From a virus, in IMG/VR virus record IMGVR_UViG_3300027857_000004, positions 8,598 to 72,597 of that record: a stretch of DNA of 64,000 nt, one strand, 5' to 3'. Positions 47,632 through 57,116 of this stretch are shown piece after piece (position 1 is the first letter of the stretch; each line of letters starts with the position of its first letter). The notes below the pieces were generated by a model. That model was given only the letters and a program-made list of their open reading frames with translations, was not told where the DNA came from and ran no database searches. Both the position numbers and the translations under genes were made by a program.

Positions 47632-48177
47632 ATGAATCAGACCGTTTTCATTTACGGTCTGAACGACCCCGAGACTGGTAAGTGCCGGTATATCGGAAAA
47701 TCCGATAACCCGGCGCACAGATATCGGTTGCATCTTTGGAACGCCAGCCGGTATAAAACGCACAAAGATTGCTGGATAAAATCTTTGCTTAGCTCGGGTA
47801 AAGTTCCGGTGTTAGAAGTTCTTCGGGAGGTTCCCGTGGCCGGATGGCAAGTTTGGGAACGTGCGTTTATTGAGGTGTATCAAGAACGCGGATTCGATTT
47901 GACCAATCTCGCGGTTGGCGGACTAGGAGGGCAGTCCGGAAAGTCTCCATCCGCAGAAACGCGGTTAAAGCTTTCTTTGGCACTGCGAGGAAGACCTGGA
48001 CGGATTCCATCGGAAGGCACCCGCAATAAAATTTCCAATGCTCTTTCTGGACGGTCTCTTTCGTTAGAAACGATTCAGAAAATGTCTGAGTCACGGACAG
48101 GAAAGTGCTCGCCCATTAAGGGGAAGCCTTGGTCCGAAAAACGACGCGCCGCACAAAAGCTAATTGCGTCTCAGTAA
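47632..48177 (+). CDS. GIY-YIG homing endonuclease
   Basis: FIYGLNDP..RYIGKS; LTNLAVGGLG. Confidence 0.9.
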   Translation: MNQTVFIYGLNDPETGKCRYIGKSDNPAHRYRLHLWNASRYKTHKDCWIKSLLSSGKVPVLEVLREVPVAGWQVWERAFIEVYQERGFDLTNLAVGGLGGQSGKSPSAETRLKLSLALRGRPGRIPSEGTRNKISNALSGRSLSLETIQKMSESRTGKCSPIKGKPWSEKRRAAQKLIASQ

Positions 48178-48200
48178 AAAACAACCGACTATTAATTACT

Positions 48201-48416
48201 ATGGCACTTACAGCATCGCAGCAAGCGCAGATTCAAAGCGCGATTGATTTAATGGATAAAGGCTCTGCATATCAGACGCCTTTTTCCGAAGACGTTATTT
48301 CGAGAGTCGCCCAGGCCGCCGCTAGTTCTGGATTTCTCACGACTGGCGCTTTCTATGAGCAGGCGAAACTCGAACCTATCGCCACATTGCTGAAATTTTT
48401 GGTGTTCGTCCCCTGA
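48201..48416 (+). CDS. Small late protein
   Basis: ATG after phage promoter TTGCG-N17-CGACTATT (48164-48193). Confidence 0.65.
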   Translation: MALTASQQAQIQSAIDLMDKGSAYQTPFSEDVISRVAQAAASSGFLTTGAFYEQAKLEPIATLLKFLVFVP

Positions 48417-48535
48417 CTACACCTACAACCATAGGCCGGTTAGGCCACGTAAGGGCGGCTCAGACAGGAATGAGTCGCCCTTATACTTTCAGAAAAAGAG
48501 TTGCGCCCGATATATTGGTATGTTAGAGTTTTCGC

Positions 48536-48946
48536 ATGAATGACGTGGTTGTGGCAGCGGTCGTGGGGCTCTTTCTGCTGAAGTGGGCCGTAATAATCGG
48601 TTTTTTTCTCTGGCTCGCCAACGGGGTAGGCAACATTTTTAAAGCCGCCTCGGTAGTCGCTAATGGGCAGCTCGTCATCAATCCTCCGGCGCCCGCCCGC
48701 GACCCGGGTATGCTTCAAATTGAAGCCCAGGCCAAATCGAACTGGATTGACTCACACCCGCAGCACCCTAGCAACCCGCAGCATGCGGAATACGTGGCCG
48801 AAGAACTAGCGAGGCGAAAGGCTTACGAACGTCGGTTAGTATGGAAAGCCCCGGCGCCCCCTACGCCTTTTGCAGCGAAAGCCGCTGCTTGCTTTTTCGT
48901 GCCGGTTTTGGTCGGTCTTGTTATTGCCATCGTGCGCGCACAATGA
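48536..48946 (+). CDS. Membrane protein (two hydrophobic segments)
   Basis: Hydrophobic N- and C-terminal stretches; promoter TTGCGC-17-TAGAGT at 48501-48529. Confidence 0.6.
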   Translation: MNDVVVAAVVGLFLLKWAVIIGFFLWLANGVGNIFKAASVVANGQLVINPPAPARDPGMLQIEAQAKSNWIDSHPQHPSNPQHAEYVAEELARRKAYERRLVWKAPAPPTPFAAKAAACFFVPVLVGLVIAIVRAQ

Positions 48947-49722
48947 ACGCCTACTCTTACATTCGAGTCAGTTCAATCGGGCAAGTCGATGGCGACGGTC
49001 CCGACCGGCAGCGCGATGCGATTCGTGCGTTCTGCGCCAAGTTCGCTATCGAGCACCAGGGAGAGTTTCTCGAAGCGATTACCGGCAAGACTGAGGCTGT
49101 CGACCGGCCAAAGTTCGTTGAGCTTCTGTCCAGTATTGACCGTTTAAACGGAGTCGCTGACGCGCTTCCTGAGATTGGCTACAACGTCCCTCTCAAGCGG
49201 CTGAAAATCGATTGCATCATTGTCGAACGCATGGACCGGCTGGCGCGTGACCTGATTGCCTCCGAGTTGCTACTGCGAGAATGCCGCGAGCGGGGTATCC
49301 AGGTTTTCGCAGCCGACCAGGGACAGGTCGTAGACATGGCGTGCAACACGGGCGACCCTACCCAGACGCTTATGCGGCAAATTCTCGCTGCGATTGCGCA
49401 GTGGGAGAAGAGTGTGCTGGTTCTCAAGATGGCGACCGCGAAGTCCAGAATCCGCAAGGAATTGGGCAAGTGCGAAGGTCAAAAACAATTCGGCGAGAAG
49501 ATGGGCGAGCGGGAAGTCTTGCGCCAGATGCGCGAATTAGCCGAGGTTCACAAGCTGAAGTATTCGGAAATCGCGAAAGAGCTGACGCGCCGGGGAATTT
49601 TCAAACGGAACGGGAAAGAATGGAGTCGCAATTCGGTGTATGACATGCTGAAGCGGCGCGACACGGTGAAACCTATTTTCGCTGTGACGTTGGAGCGGAT
49701 AACACCTGAGACTAAAAACTGA
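48943..49722 (+). CDS. Serine recombinase (resolvase/invertase family)
   Basis: YIRVSS..Q, DRP, VERMDRLARD, ILAAIAQWE; C-terminal HTH (IAKELTRRGI..RNGKEW). Confidence 0.9.
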   Translation: MNAYSYIRVSSIGQVDGDGPDRQRDAIRAFCAKFAIEHQGEFLEAITGKTEAVDRPKFVELLSSIDRLNGVADALPEIGYNVPLKRLKIDCIIVERMDRLARDLIASELLLRECRERGIQVFAADQGQVVDMACNTGDPTQTLMRQILAAIAQWEKSVLVLKMATAKSRIRKELGKCEGQKQFGEKMGEREVLRQMRELAEVHKLKYSEIAKELTRRGIFKRNGKEWSRNSVYDMLKRRDTVKPIFAVTLERITPETKN

Positions 49723-49911
49723 TATGCGAGGCGGAAAATTTAACTGGCCCTCTTTCACGAGGGATGAGGAACGGGCGGGCAAAATCATGAACGGCGCCGA
49801 CCCGGCACACAAAAACATGAGCTGGGAAGCGTGGGAAGCAGCGCAAAAGATTGCGGGGATTTCTCGCGACACGCGGCTGGCTGGAAGCCCGCGAAAAGCG
49901 AGTAAGTAATT

Positions 49912-50100
49912 TCGAACCGGGCGCCCTAGTAACCAGGGTGAAGTTACGCCTGGGGCAGCCGTGACCCGACCAGCGTCAACTGGTGCCACGGAATAAGAAA
50001 AAGAGGGAGACAGACCGGAGTAGACAGTCCGGGGCGAAAAGCCTACTGTCCGGAGTAATTACCCGGCTAGGTGCCCCGCAACCGTGCTTTTTAGCACGGG
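49912..50100 (+). ncRNA. Candidate structured non-coding RNA
   Basis: Intergenic region with at least six nested helices found by eye; strand assumed from context. Confidence 0.4.
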
Positions 50101-50204
50101 AATACGCGACTATTAGCCAACCGGGGCTTACTTATCGCGCGGGGTAAAAGTCCCAACCGGTCGTTTTCTGTAGCGAACCGCCGTTTTAAAGCCGACTGTT
50201 ATGA

Positions 50205-50477
50205 GTGGCCACTACAATAGTTGCGAAGTATTCGGAGCGCGACCTTCCCCTCGCCCGGCTCTGGTTGAGAAGCTGGAAAGCCCGCGGATGGAAGACCGCA
50301 ATAAAGTTTGACCAGGGGATTTCGTTCCGAGTCATCAATTTCGGTCTCTCCGGTCGTGCGACAAAAAAGATAAGACCAAAAAACTTTGGCTCGCGCGGCT
50401 GGGAGACCGCCCCTTTGGTGAAGTTTCCACCTGGAGCGACGGAGGAACAAGTTCTGAATTGCGGGAGGGCAATCTGA
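50205..50477 (+). CDS. Small hypothetical protein (glycosyltransferase-fragment-like LW..SW...GW)
   Basis: GTG after phage promoter 50171-50200. Confidence 0.55.
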   Translation: MATTIVAKYSERDLPLARLWLRSWKARGWKTAIKFDQGISFRVINFGLSGRATKKIRPKNFGSRGWETAPLVKFPPGATEEQVLNCGRAI

Positions 50478-50478
50478 A

Positions 50479-52434
50479 ATGTTTCCGGAGGGCTCGCGGG
50501 AGAAAGTCCTAGCATCCGATGTCGCCCGGCTCGTCCACGCCGGGAACAAGTTTGAAGCTGCGCAAGCGGTCACCGAATATTTCAAAGTCAAGAATCCGCT
50601 CAAAAAAGACCAGCCGCCGGAGGCAGCGAACACCGTCCTGATTCCGTATGTCCGAAACATAATGGAGCAGGGCGCACTTGAAGAAGCCGCGCAAATTTTC
50701 TGGACCCCGAACCAGTTTACACCGGAGCCCAACTCGGTGAAACAGGTGTGGAATCTTTTCGAGACGTCCGACATGGGACTGATTCCAGGCGCCGCCTCAA
50801 TGGGCAAGAGCTTCAATATGGGAGTCCGGTTGTTTCTTGAATGGGCGCGCGACCCGCAATTCACCACGGTGCGCGTGCTAGGTCCGAGCAAGGACCACCT
50901 CGAAGCGAATTTGTTTTCGCACATGGTCTCGCTTCACTCGCAGTCCACTTTGCCGATGCCCGGCGAGGTGGGCGAGCTGTTTATCGGGCTGACCCGTCGC
51001 GACCAGTTGAGCTGTATCCGTGGCGTCATCATTCCGAAGGGCAACTTAAAGAAAGCAGGCCGGTTGCAAGGAAGTAAACGCCGCCCCAGGCCGAGTCCGC
51101 ACCCGGTGTTCGGTAGCATGTCGCGCATGTTCATTTTCTTGGACGAAATCGAGAACATCGCGCGCGGTATTTGGGCTGACATCGACAATATCTTGTCCAA
51201 CACGGAAGAGAGCGGGCAAGGCTTCAAGATTTTCGGCGCATATAATCCGAACGACCCGTATGACGAGGTAAGCAAACGAGCCGAGCCTCCGTTCGGTTGG
51301 GAGAACGTCGACCCGGAAGTGCATTTTCGCTGGAAGTCTAAACGCGGCTGGGACGTGTTGCGGCTCGATGCTGAGCAATGCGAGAACGTCAAGCTGGGCA
51401 AGATTATTTATCCCGGCTTGCAGACGCGTGGTGGGCTCGAAAAAATTGCGGCTAACGCCGGGGGCAAGGTGTCGCCCGGCTACTACATCATGGGGCGCGG
51501 TATGTATCCGCCGATGGGAATCGAGGCGACCGTGTTTCCGCCGGGAATGTTGGCCAAATGTAGAGGCGAATACATCTGGTTCGATGAGCCTGTCTCGGTG
51601 GGCGCGACAGATTTAGCTCTCGAAGGTGGCGACGACGCGATTCACACAATCGGAAAGTGGGGATTAGCGACCGGCATCAAGTGGCCAGCTTCGATTGACT
51701 ATCCGAACGGGCACACCACGATGTTTAAACGGGCAGATGGCAGCGCGCAACCGCGATGGGGTCTTCAGGTGAACCAGCAATTCGTGCTTCCGAAAGGTGA
51801 CACGATTGCGATGAAGAAATCGATTCTCGAAATCAATCGGAAAACCGGCGTGCGCCCTGAGTTTTATGCGTGCGACCGCACGGGGCACGGCGCCGGTGTC
51901 GCCGATTTGTTGCGCTACGAGTGGTCGACTCTAATTCATGACGTGAATTACTCGATGGGAGCGAGCGAAGAGAAAATAATGGCCGAGGATAGCAAGCTCG
52001 CGAAGGAACAATACGAGCGAATGTTTTCGGAGCTGTGGTTTGCCACGCGCATGTGGGCCGAATTTCAGTATTTGCTTTTCAGTCCGGCAATGGACTTGGC
52101 CAAGGTGGCTGAGCAAATCGGCAGCCGCCGGTTCCGAGTGCTCTCGGGTAAGTCAAAAGTGGAGAGTAAAAAGGATTATGAGAGTCGAGGGTATAAGTCT
52201 CCGAACGAGGCGGACTCGCTGACGCTGTTAGTGTATGCCGCGCGAAAAGGTAGCGGGCAAATTCTGTCGATGCACGGCGAAGACGCCAACACCGCTGGCA
52301 ATCTTTCGGACGACTGGTATGAAGCGAACTACCCAGGCGGCGCGCGGATTGACGTAAGTAACCGTTTTGAGACGCTCGAAGACGGAGAGATGCCGAGCAT
52401 ACCGTCCGAATTGTCCGCCGGAGGCTGGTCATGA
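50479..52434 (+). CDS. terL: Terminase large subunit
   Basis: Walker A GAASMGKS, Walker B FIFLDE, GAYNP, nuclease GATDLALEGGD...DRTG.G...SPNEADS. Confidence 0.88.
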   Translation: MFPEGSREKVLASDVARLVHAGNKFEAAQAVTEYFKVKNPLKKDQPPEAANTVLIPYVRNIMEQGALEEAAQIFWTPNQFTPEPNSVKQVWNLFETSDMGLIPGAASMGKSFNMGVRLFLEWARDPQFTTVRVLGPSKDHLEANLFSHMVSLHSQSTLPMPGEVGELFIGLTRRDQLSCIRGVIIPKGNLKKAGRLQGSKRRPRPSPHPVFGSMSRMFIFLDEIENIARGIWADIDNILSNTEESGQGFKIFGAYNPNDPYDEVSKRAEPPFGWENVDPEVHFRWKSKRGWDVLRLDAEQCENVKLGKIIYPGLQTRGGLEKIAANAGGKVSPGYYIMGRGMYPPMGIEATVFPPGMLAKCRGEYIWFDEPVSVGATDLALEGGDDAIHTIGKWGLATGIKWPASIDYPNGHTTMFKRADGSAQPRWGLQVNQQFVLPKGDTIAMKKSILEINRKTGVRPEFYACDRTGHGAGVADLLRYEWSTLIHDVNYSMGASEEKIMAEDSKLAKEQYERMFSELWFATRMWAEFQYLLFSPAMDLAKVAEQIGSRRFRVLSGKSKVESKKDYESRGYKSPNEADSLTLLVYAARKGSGQILSMHGEDANTAGNLSDDWYEANYPGGARIDVSNRFETLEDGEMPSIPSELSAGGWS

Positions 52435-53009
52435 GTCTTTCACTTAATACAAACGTGTATCCGAAGACAGGATATCAATTCAAAGATGGCGACGGAGTGC
52501 TCCATGTATCAGACTCCTGGGACGGAGTCATCGCGCGCGTGAAAATGTATCGTCAGCGGCGCGGAATTGCGGTCGGAGACCCGGCATCTGAGGTGACTGC
52601 GTATGCGTGTGCGAACAATCCGGGGCTCTGCAGGCAAGAAAACGAAGCGAACAAACAAGCATTGAAAGTCGCGAGCTTGAAAACACGAGTGCTGCAGTAT
52701 TTGAGCGGACTCCGCTCGATGAAAGAACGAGAGCCGCTGCCTTTTGTGACCGATGCGGAACGGGCCGCCCGGGCAAACGTGTGTGCGAGCTGTCCAAAAA
52801 ACGCGGCTTTACCGGACGGTTGCTCTTCGTGCAAGAAGGCAGTCAGCGAATTGCGTAAAACGGTGATTGGCGACCGGTTTGTGGACGGGAGACTGAACGG
52901 ATGCGTGGTTATGGGAGAAGATTTGCCTTCCGCGGTCCATATCGACCACACTAGGGTAGATAATCCTGAGCTGCCAGGGCATTGCTGGCGGAAAATTCAG
53001 CCTGTATGA
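52431..53009 (+). CDS. Cys-rich hypothetical protein
   Basis: R...CASCPKN..CSSC..GC..CW. Confidence 0.65.
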   Translation: MSLSLNTNVYPKTGYQFKDGDGVLHVSDSWDGVIARVKMYRQRRGIAVGDPASEVTAYACANNPGLCRQENEANKQALKVASLKTRVLQYLSGLRSMKEREPLPFVTDAERAARANVCASCPKNAALPDGCSSCKKAVSELRKTVIGDRFVDGRLNGCVVMGEDLPSAVHIDHTRVDNPELPGHCWRKIQPV

Positions 53010-53260
53010 GCATCGTAATTAGATTTTGGCACTTTTTCAGCGCGTTTTGCCTCTCGGTATGGGCAAAGTGGCGTGGTTATGCGGTTTTGGCACCCGCACA
53101 CGCTCAAATAATCCGGCATTCGACCTGTTTGGGCTGCGATAAGCTCGATGACGACATTTGCACCGAGTGCGGATGCCTTGCGTTCGCAAAAACGCAGCTT
53201 TCGATGGAAAAGTGTCCGCTCGGTAAGTGGAAACGGATATTTATAGCGAAGCAGCCTTAA
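53006..53260 (+). CDS. Cys-rich small protein (DUF6171-like)
   Basis: R...CLGC....CTECGC...K......CPLGKW. Confidence 0.65.
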   Translation: MSIVIRFWHFFSAFCLSVWAKWRGYAVLAPAHAQIIRHSTCLGCDKLDDDICTECGCLAFAKTQLSMEKCPLGKWKRIFIAKQP

Positions 53261-53279
53261 AACTCCGACTGTTAAAGAC

Positions 53280-55424
53280 ATGGCAGACGCAGACAGACCG
53301 TCCGAGGCGTTACCTTTCGCCCTAACGAACACCGGGTATCCAACAAATGCCCTAGGTGCGATTATTCAGTCGCCCGAAGTCACAGCGAAGGGTGAACCTA
53401 CGCAGCGCAGCGTTCGCGATATCGCCCAGGCGCGTGATATCGTCCGGACCGTGATGATGGCATCGCGAAATCGCTCAATTGTGAATTCGCGAATCCTTGC
53501 GAAGTTCAATGCCGAGCGTCCGTATAACGCGGACCGGCTTGAGGCAGAAGGATTAGGCTGGCGAAGCAATTTTACCACTAAGCCACTGCCGAGCATGATT
53601 GAACAGGTGGCGCCGCGGTTCATGGCAGCCATTAACGGGCTCAAGTATTTCACCAACTCGTCGCTCTCAAATAAGTGGCAAGCGTCGACCGAGAAGACAG
53701 AGGATTTTCGAAAAGAAGTCACCCAGACAATCAAGAATCACAAAGGCTTTCGAACGCTCATCGAAGACATCGCTTTCAACAATGCGCTGTTCGGGCACTC
53801 GATTGTTTCGTGGCTCGATGATTACAGTTTTTTCCCGCGCCACTTCGACCAGGATTTGTCGTTCGTCGCGGACGGCACGAAATCCGATACACGATGGGCG
53901 CAGATTGTGGTGTTGAAAGAGAATCTTCTCACGCACGAGCTTTTCGCGCAAATCGAAGACAAAGAATCCGCGGAAATCGCGGGCTGGAATCTGCCGAACA
54001 CTGCGCAGGCGATTAATCGCGCCTCACCGATTCAGGTTCGCGACCGGCTGAATGTCGGCGGAACTTTGGAAACGTGGTATCAGAATGCGCTTCGAGAGCT
54101 GACTATCGGCGCCAGCTGGATGGCGGGCAATTCGATTGTGGTGGTTTACAATTTGCTCGTGCGCGAAGTCACCGGCAAGTTTTCACACTACCGAATGGCT
54201 GGCCCAGAGTTGACAGATATTTTTCAACGGCTCGACCAGTTCGACAATGCGTCCGATTGTCTTACATTTTACTCTTTCCAAAAAGGCAACGGCACTCTCC
54301 ACGGCAGCAAAGGAATTGGCCGAGACATTTACGAGCTGGCGGGGATGCTCGACCGAACCCGAAATGAAATCGTTGACCGGCTGATTATGTCCGGCAAGAC
54401 GCTCGTGCAGGGCGATGCGAAACGGTTTCACACTTTCAAGACTGGAGTGTTCGGCAACATGATTTTGCTGCCGAAAGAATGGACCGTGTTGGAGCAGAAG
54501 ATTGATGGCAACGTCGACAGCTTTATCAAGCTCGATGCATTTTTCAAGCAATTAGTGAACGAGCTGATTGGCTCGACCAGCACGCCGAACGTCGCGCAAG
54601 CGGGCGAGGGAATGCGTTCCCCGGCGGCATGGAATCTTCTCGCTTCTCGGGAAGAGGAATCTCGCGACATTCGAATCACCCGTTTTCTCGAACAGTTCAC
54701 CGACATGGTGGGCACGATGCAGAAACGCATTTGCGACCCGGACGTTGTCGAAGATGACGCGAAAGAATGTCGTCGTCGATTGCTTAAAAAGATGTCAGAA
54801 GAGGAACTGCAGGAACTAGCGCACAGCCCAGTTGCAGGCACCGTCAGCGATTTGACCCCGCAGCAACGGCAGCTGACAGTCATGCTCGCGCAGGAGAAGA
54901 AGGGCAACCCGCTTTACAATCAGCGGCAGTTGGAAGTTGAAGATTTAACCGCTCGCGTCAGCGCGGAATTCGCAGACAAAGTTTTGCTGCCGGACAACGA
55001 CCCGACTGAGCAGGCCGAGCAGACTCGAATGCAGAACCTGGAAATGACTTTGTTGAGTGCCGGGCAGGCAGTTGAAGTCAGCCCTCGCGATAATCACATG
55101 ATTCACCTCCAGGTGATTATGCCAGTTGCTGAGCAAGCGGGCGGGCATATCCAAGATGGCAGCATTGGCGTCAATGTTCTCGAAGCGATTGTAGCGCATA
55201 TCAACGAGCATTATCAGCAAGCGCTGAAGCAAGGCGTGAAGCAGGAAATGCTCAAAGATGTCAAAACTTTTCTAGCCAAAGCTGGCCCAGCGATAGCGAA
55301 GCTGCAGCAGATTGAGCAAGCTGCACAAGCACACGCGCAGGCCGGGCAGCAGCTCTCGCAAGGTCAAGAACCGGACATGCCGGGGCTCGTGAATTCTCCC
55401 ACGCCGCCACCGGACCAACAATAA
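53280..55424 (+). CDS. Portal protein
   Basis: 714 aa after TerL; DNHMIHL near the C-terminus, Gln-rich tail; promoter at 53244-53273. Confidence 0.75.
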   Translation: MADADRPSEALPFALTNTGYPTNALGAIIQSPEVTAKGEPTQRSVRDIAQARDIVRTVMMASRNRSIVNSRILAKFNAERPYNADRLEAEGLGWRSNFTTKPLPSMIEQVAPRFMAAINGLKYFTNSSLSNKWQASTEKTEDFRKEVTQTIKNHKGFRTLIEDIAFNNALFGHSIVSWLDDYSFFPRHFDQDLSFVADGTKSDTRWAQIVVLKENLLTHELFAQIEDKESAEIAGWNLPNTAQAINRASPIQVRDRLNVGGTLETWYQNALRELTIGASWMAGNSIVVVYNLLVREVTGKFSHYRMAGPELTDIFQRLDQFDNASDCLTFYSFQKGNGTLHGSKGIGRDIYELAGMLDRTRNEIVDRLIMSGKTLVQGDAKRFHTFKTGVFGNMILLPKEWTVLEQKIDGNVDSFIKLDAFFKQLVNELIGSTSTPNVAQAGEGMRSPAAWNLLASREEESRDIRITRFLEQFTDMVGTMQKRICDPDVVEDDAKECRRRLLKKMSEEELQELAHSPVAGTVSDLTPQQRQLTVMLAQEKKGNPLYNQRQLEVEDLTARVSAEFADKVLLPDNDPTEQAEQTRMQNLEMTLLSAGQAVEVSPRDNHMIHLQVIMPVAEQAGGHIQDGSIGVNVLEAIVAHINEHYQQALKQGVKQEMLKDVKTFLAKAGPAIAKLQQIEQAAQAHAQAGQQLSQGQEPDMPGLVNSPTPPPDQQ

Positions 55425-55446
55425 TCCCCAACCCCGATGACTCACG

Positions 55447-55776
55447 ATGGAATATTTCGCAAACGAAAATGACTGGACGCAGACTGACGCCGAGAGGTGG
55501 AACGCGTTTCTTCTCACCGAAACCGGAAAGCGGCTTGTCCCGAAGCTAATCGAGACTGCGCCTGTCCTGCTCGACAAAGGCGACGTTAACGCCATCCTGA
55601 TTCGCACCGGCGAATTCCGTGGTTTTCAGAATGCCTGTCAACAGCTCGTCGCTCTCGCGCACGAGTCGAAGACCGCTCCGCCAGTTCCAACGGAATACCC
55701 CGACTTGACGAATGACGCCGCGTGGAATGACGGACAGAAAATTGAACCCGAAACCCAGCCCGAACCTAAAAGCTAG
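55447..55776 (+). CDS. Small head-module protein
   Basis: Between portal and scaffold. Confidence 0.6.
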   Translation: MEYFANENDWTQTDAERWNAFLLTETGKRLVPKLIETAPVLLDKGDVNAILIRTGEFRGFQNACQQLVALAHESKTAPPVPTEYPDLTNDAAWNDGQKIEPETQPEPKS

Positions 55777-55778
55777 TT

Positions 55779-57116
55779 ATGCCAGAATCTACTCAAAATG
55801 CCCCAGCGCTCGGGGAAGACCCGTTCGCCACAAAAGCCAATAACGACAAAGTTGCTGCCTCTCTCGAACGAGACCCGAGTCTCGCGCCGGTGGCTGACCC
55901 TCTGTCGGTGTCTGCCCTGGACGAACTAGCGGCAGCGAAGTCGAAAGAGAACGAAGCTGCCGAGAAAGCGAAAGCCGAAGGGGCAACCGCACCCGTTGTA
56001 ACACCAGCGGCAGCTGATGACGCAGCCGCGAAGAAAGCGCAGGAGGAAGCGGCAGCCAAAGCGGAGCGAGAAGCGGCGTTGAAACAGGCTGACGAACTTT
56101 TCAAGGACGCGCCCCAGTTGGCGCCGAACGCCAGCCCGAAATCTGCAGAGGCATTTTCGAGCATCAAAATCAAAGCCGCGCAAGAAATATCAAAGCTCCA
56201 GGCGGACCTGGAAGCCGCGCGGAAAGAAGCGACCGAAGCGAAGGCGAAAGCTGGCCAGCCTAGCCCAGAGCAGCTCGCGAAAGAAAAGGAACTGGAAGAC
56301 CTTCGCCAATGGCGCCTGAAGATGGACGTGGATTTCGACCCACGTTTCAAGGAGTTTGATTCGAAGGTCTCGAAGGCGCACGAATTCATTTATGCGCAGC
56401 TGCGAAAATCTCCCCGGGTTACTGAAGACACAATCAAGCAGATTAAAGAATACGGTGGTCCGGACAAGTGCAACTTGACCGACCTTTTCAAAGCGATGGC
56501 TGACCCCACTCTTCAGCGAGTGATTGAGGGCCAGATTTCGGACGTGGTCAAGACGCAGTATGAAAAAGAGCAGGCAGTCAAGTCCGCGAAAGAAAATCTC
56601 GATGGCTACCTCGAAGAACGGGCGAAGACTTTTCAGCAGTCCACTATTGCGCACCAGCAGGCGACATCGGCGGAGCTGACTCAATTCACGAATGCGCTCG
56701 ACTGGTTCAAGGAAAAAGCCGCGAGCGAGAAAGACACGGCAGCCGAGAAAGCCGCAGTCGAAGACCACAACAAGTTTATCACCGCGCTGAAAGGCGAAGT
56801 CCAGGCAGCGCTAGCGGATGACTCTCCGAGGATGCGCGCCACGCTCATCACCGGCGTAGCTCAGCTTTTCAACCTGCAGCGTGTTCATGCCGCGATGAAG
56901 TCCGAGTTTGAAGCGCTGCAGAAGGCGCACACGGACCTTCAGGCCCGGTGGAACAAGGTCAAGGAATCTGGCCGGGCTCGCCCGCCGGAAACCATCGTGA
57001 ACCCGAACGCGGCCAAGAAACCCGCTGACAACTTTTCACAGCGCACTGACGACGCTCTTGATTCGATTGCGAAACAAGTCATGGCTGAGAAAGCCCGTGC
57101 GGGCGCCCAGGTGTGA
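55779..57116 (+). CDS. Capsid scaffolding protein
   Basis: Ala/Glu/Lys coiled-coil protein after the portal. Confidence 0.6.
   Translation: MPESTQNAPALGEDPFATKANNDKVAASLERDPSLAPVADPLSVSALDELAAAKSKENEAAEKAKAEGATAPVVTPAAADDAAAKKAQEEAAAKAEREAALKQADELFKDAPQLAPNASPKSAEAFSSIKIKAAQEISKLQADLEAARKEATEAKAKAGQPSPEQLAKEKELEDLRQWRLKMDVDFDPRFKEFDSKVSKAHEFIYAQLRKSPRVTEDTIKQIKEYGGPDKCNLTDLFKAMADPTLQRVIEGQISDVVKTQYEKEQAVKSAKENLDGYLEERAKTFQQSTIAHQQATSAELTQFTNALDWFKEKAASEKDTAAEKAAVEDHNKFITALKGEVQAALADDSPRMRATLITGVAQLFNLQRVHAAMKSEFEALQKAHTDLQARWNKVKESGRARPPETIVNPNAAKKPADNFSQRTDDALDSIAKQVMAEKARAGAQV

Noticed and set aside
49912-50165. Hammerhead ribozyme or tRNA
   Set aside because: No CUGANGA core or TTCRA/CCA cloverleaf found; retained only as an unassigned structured RNA.
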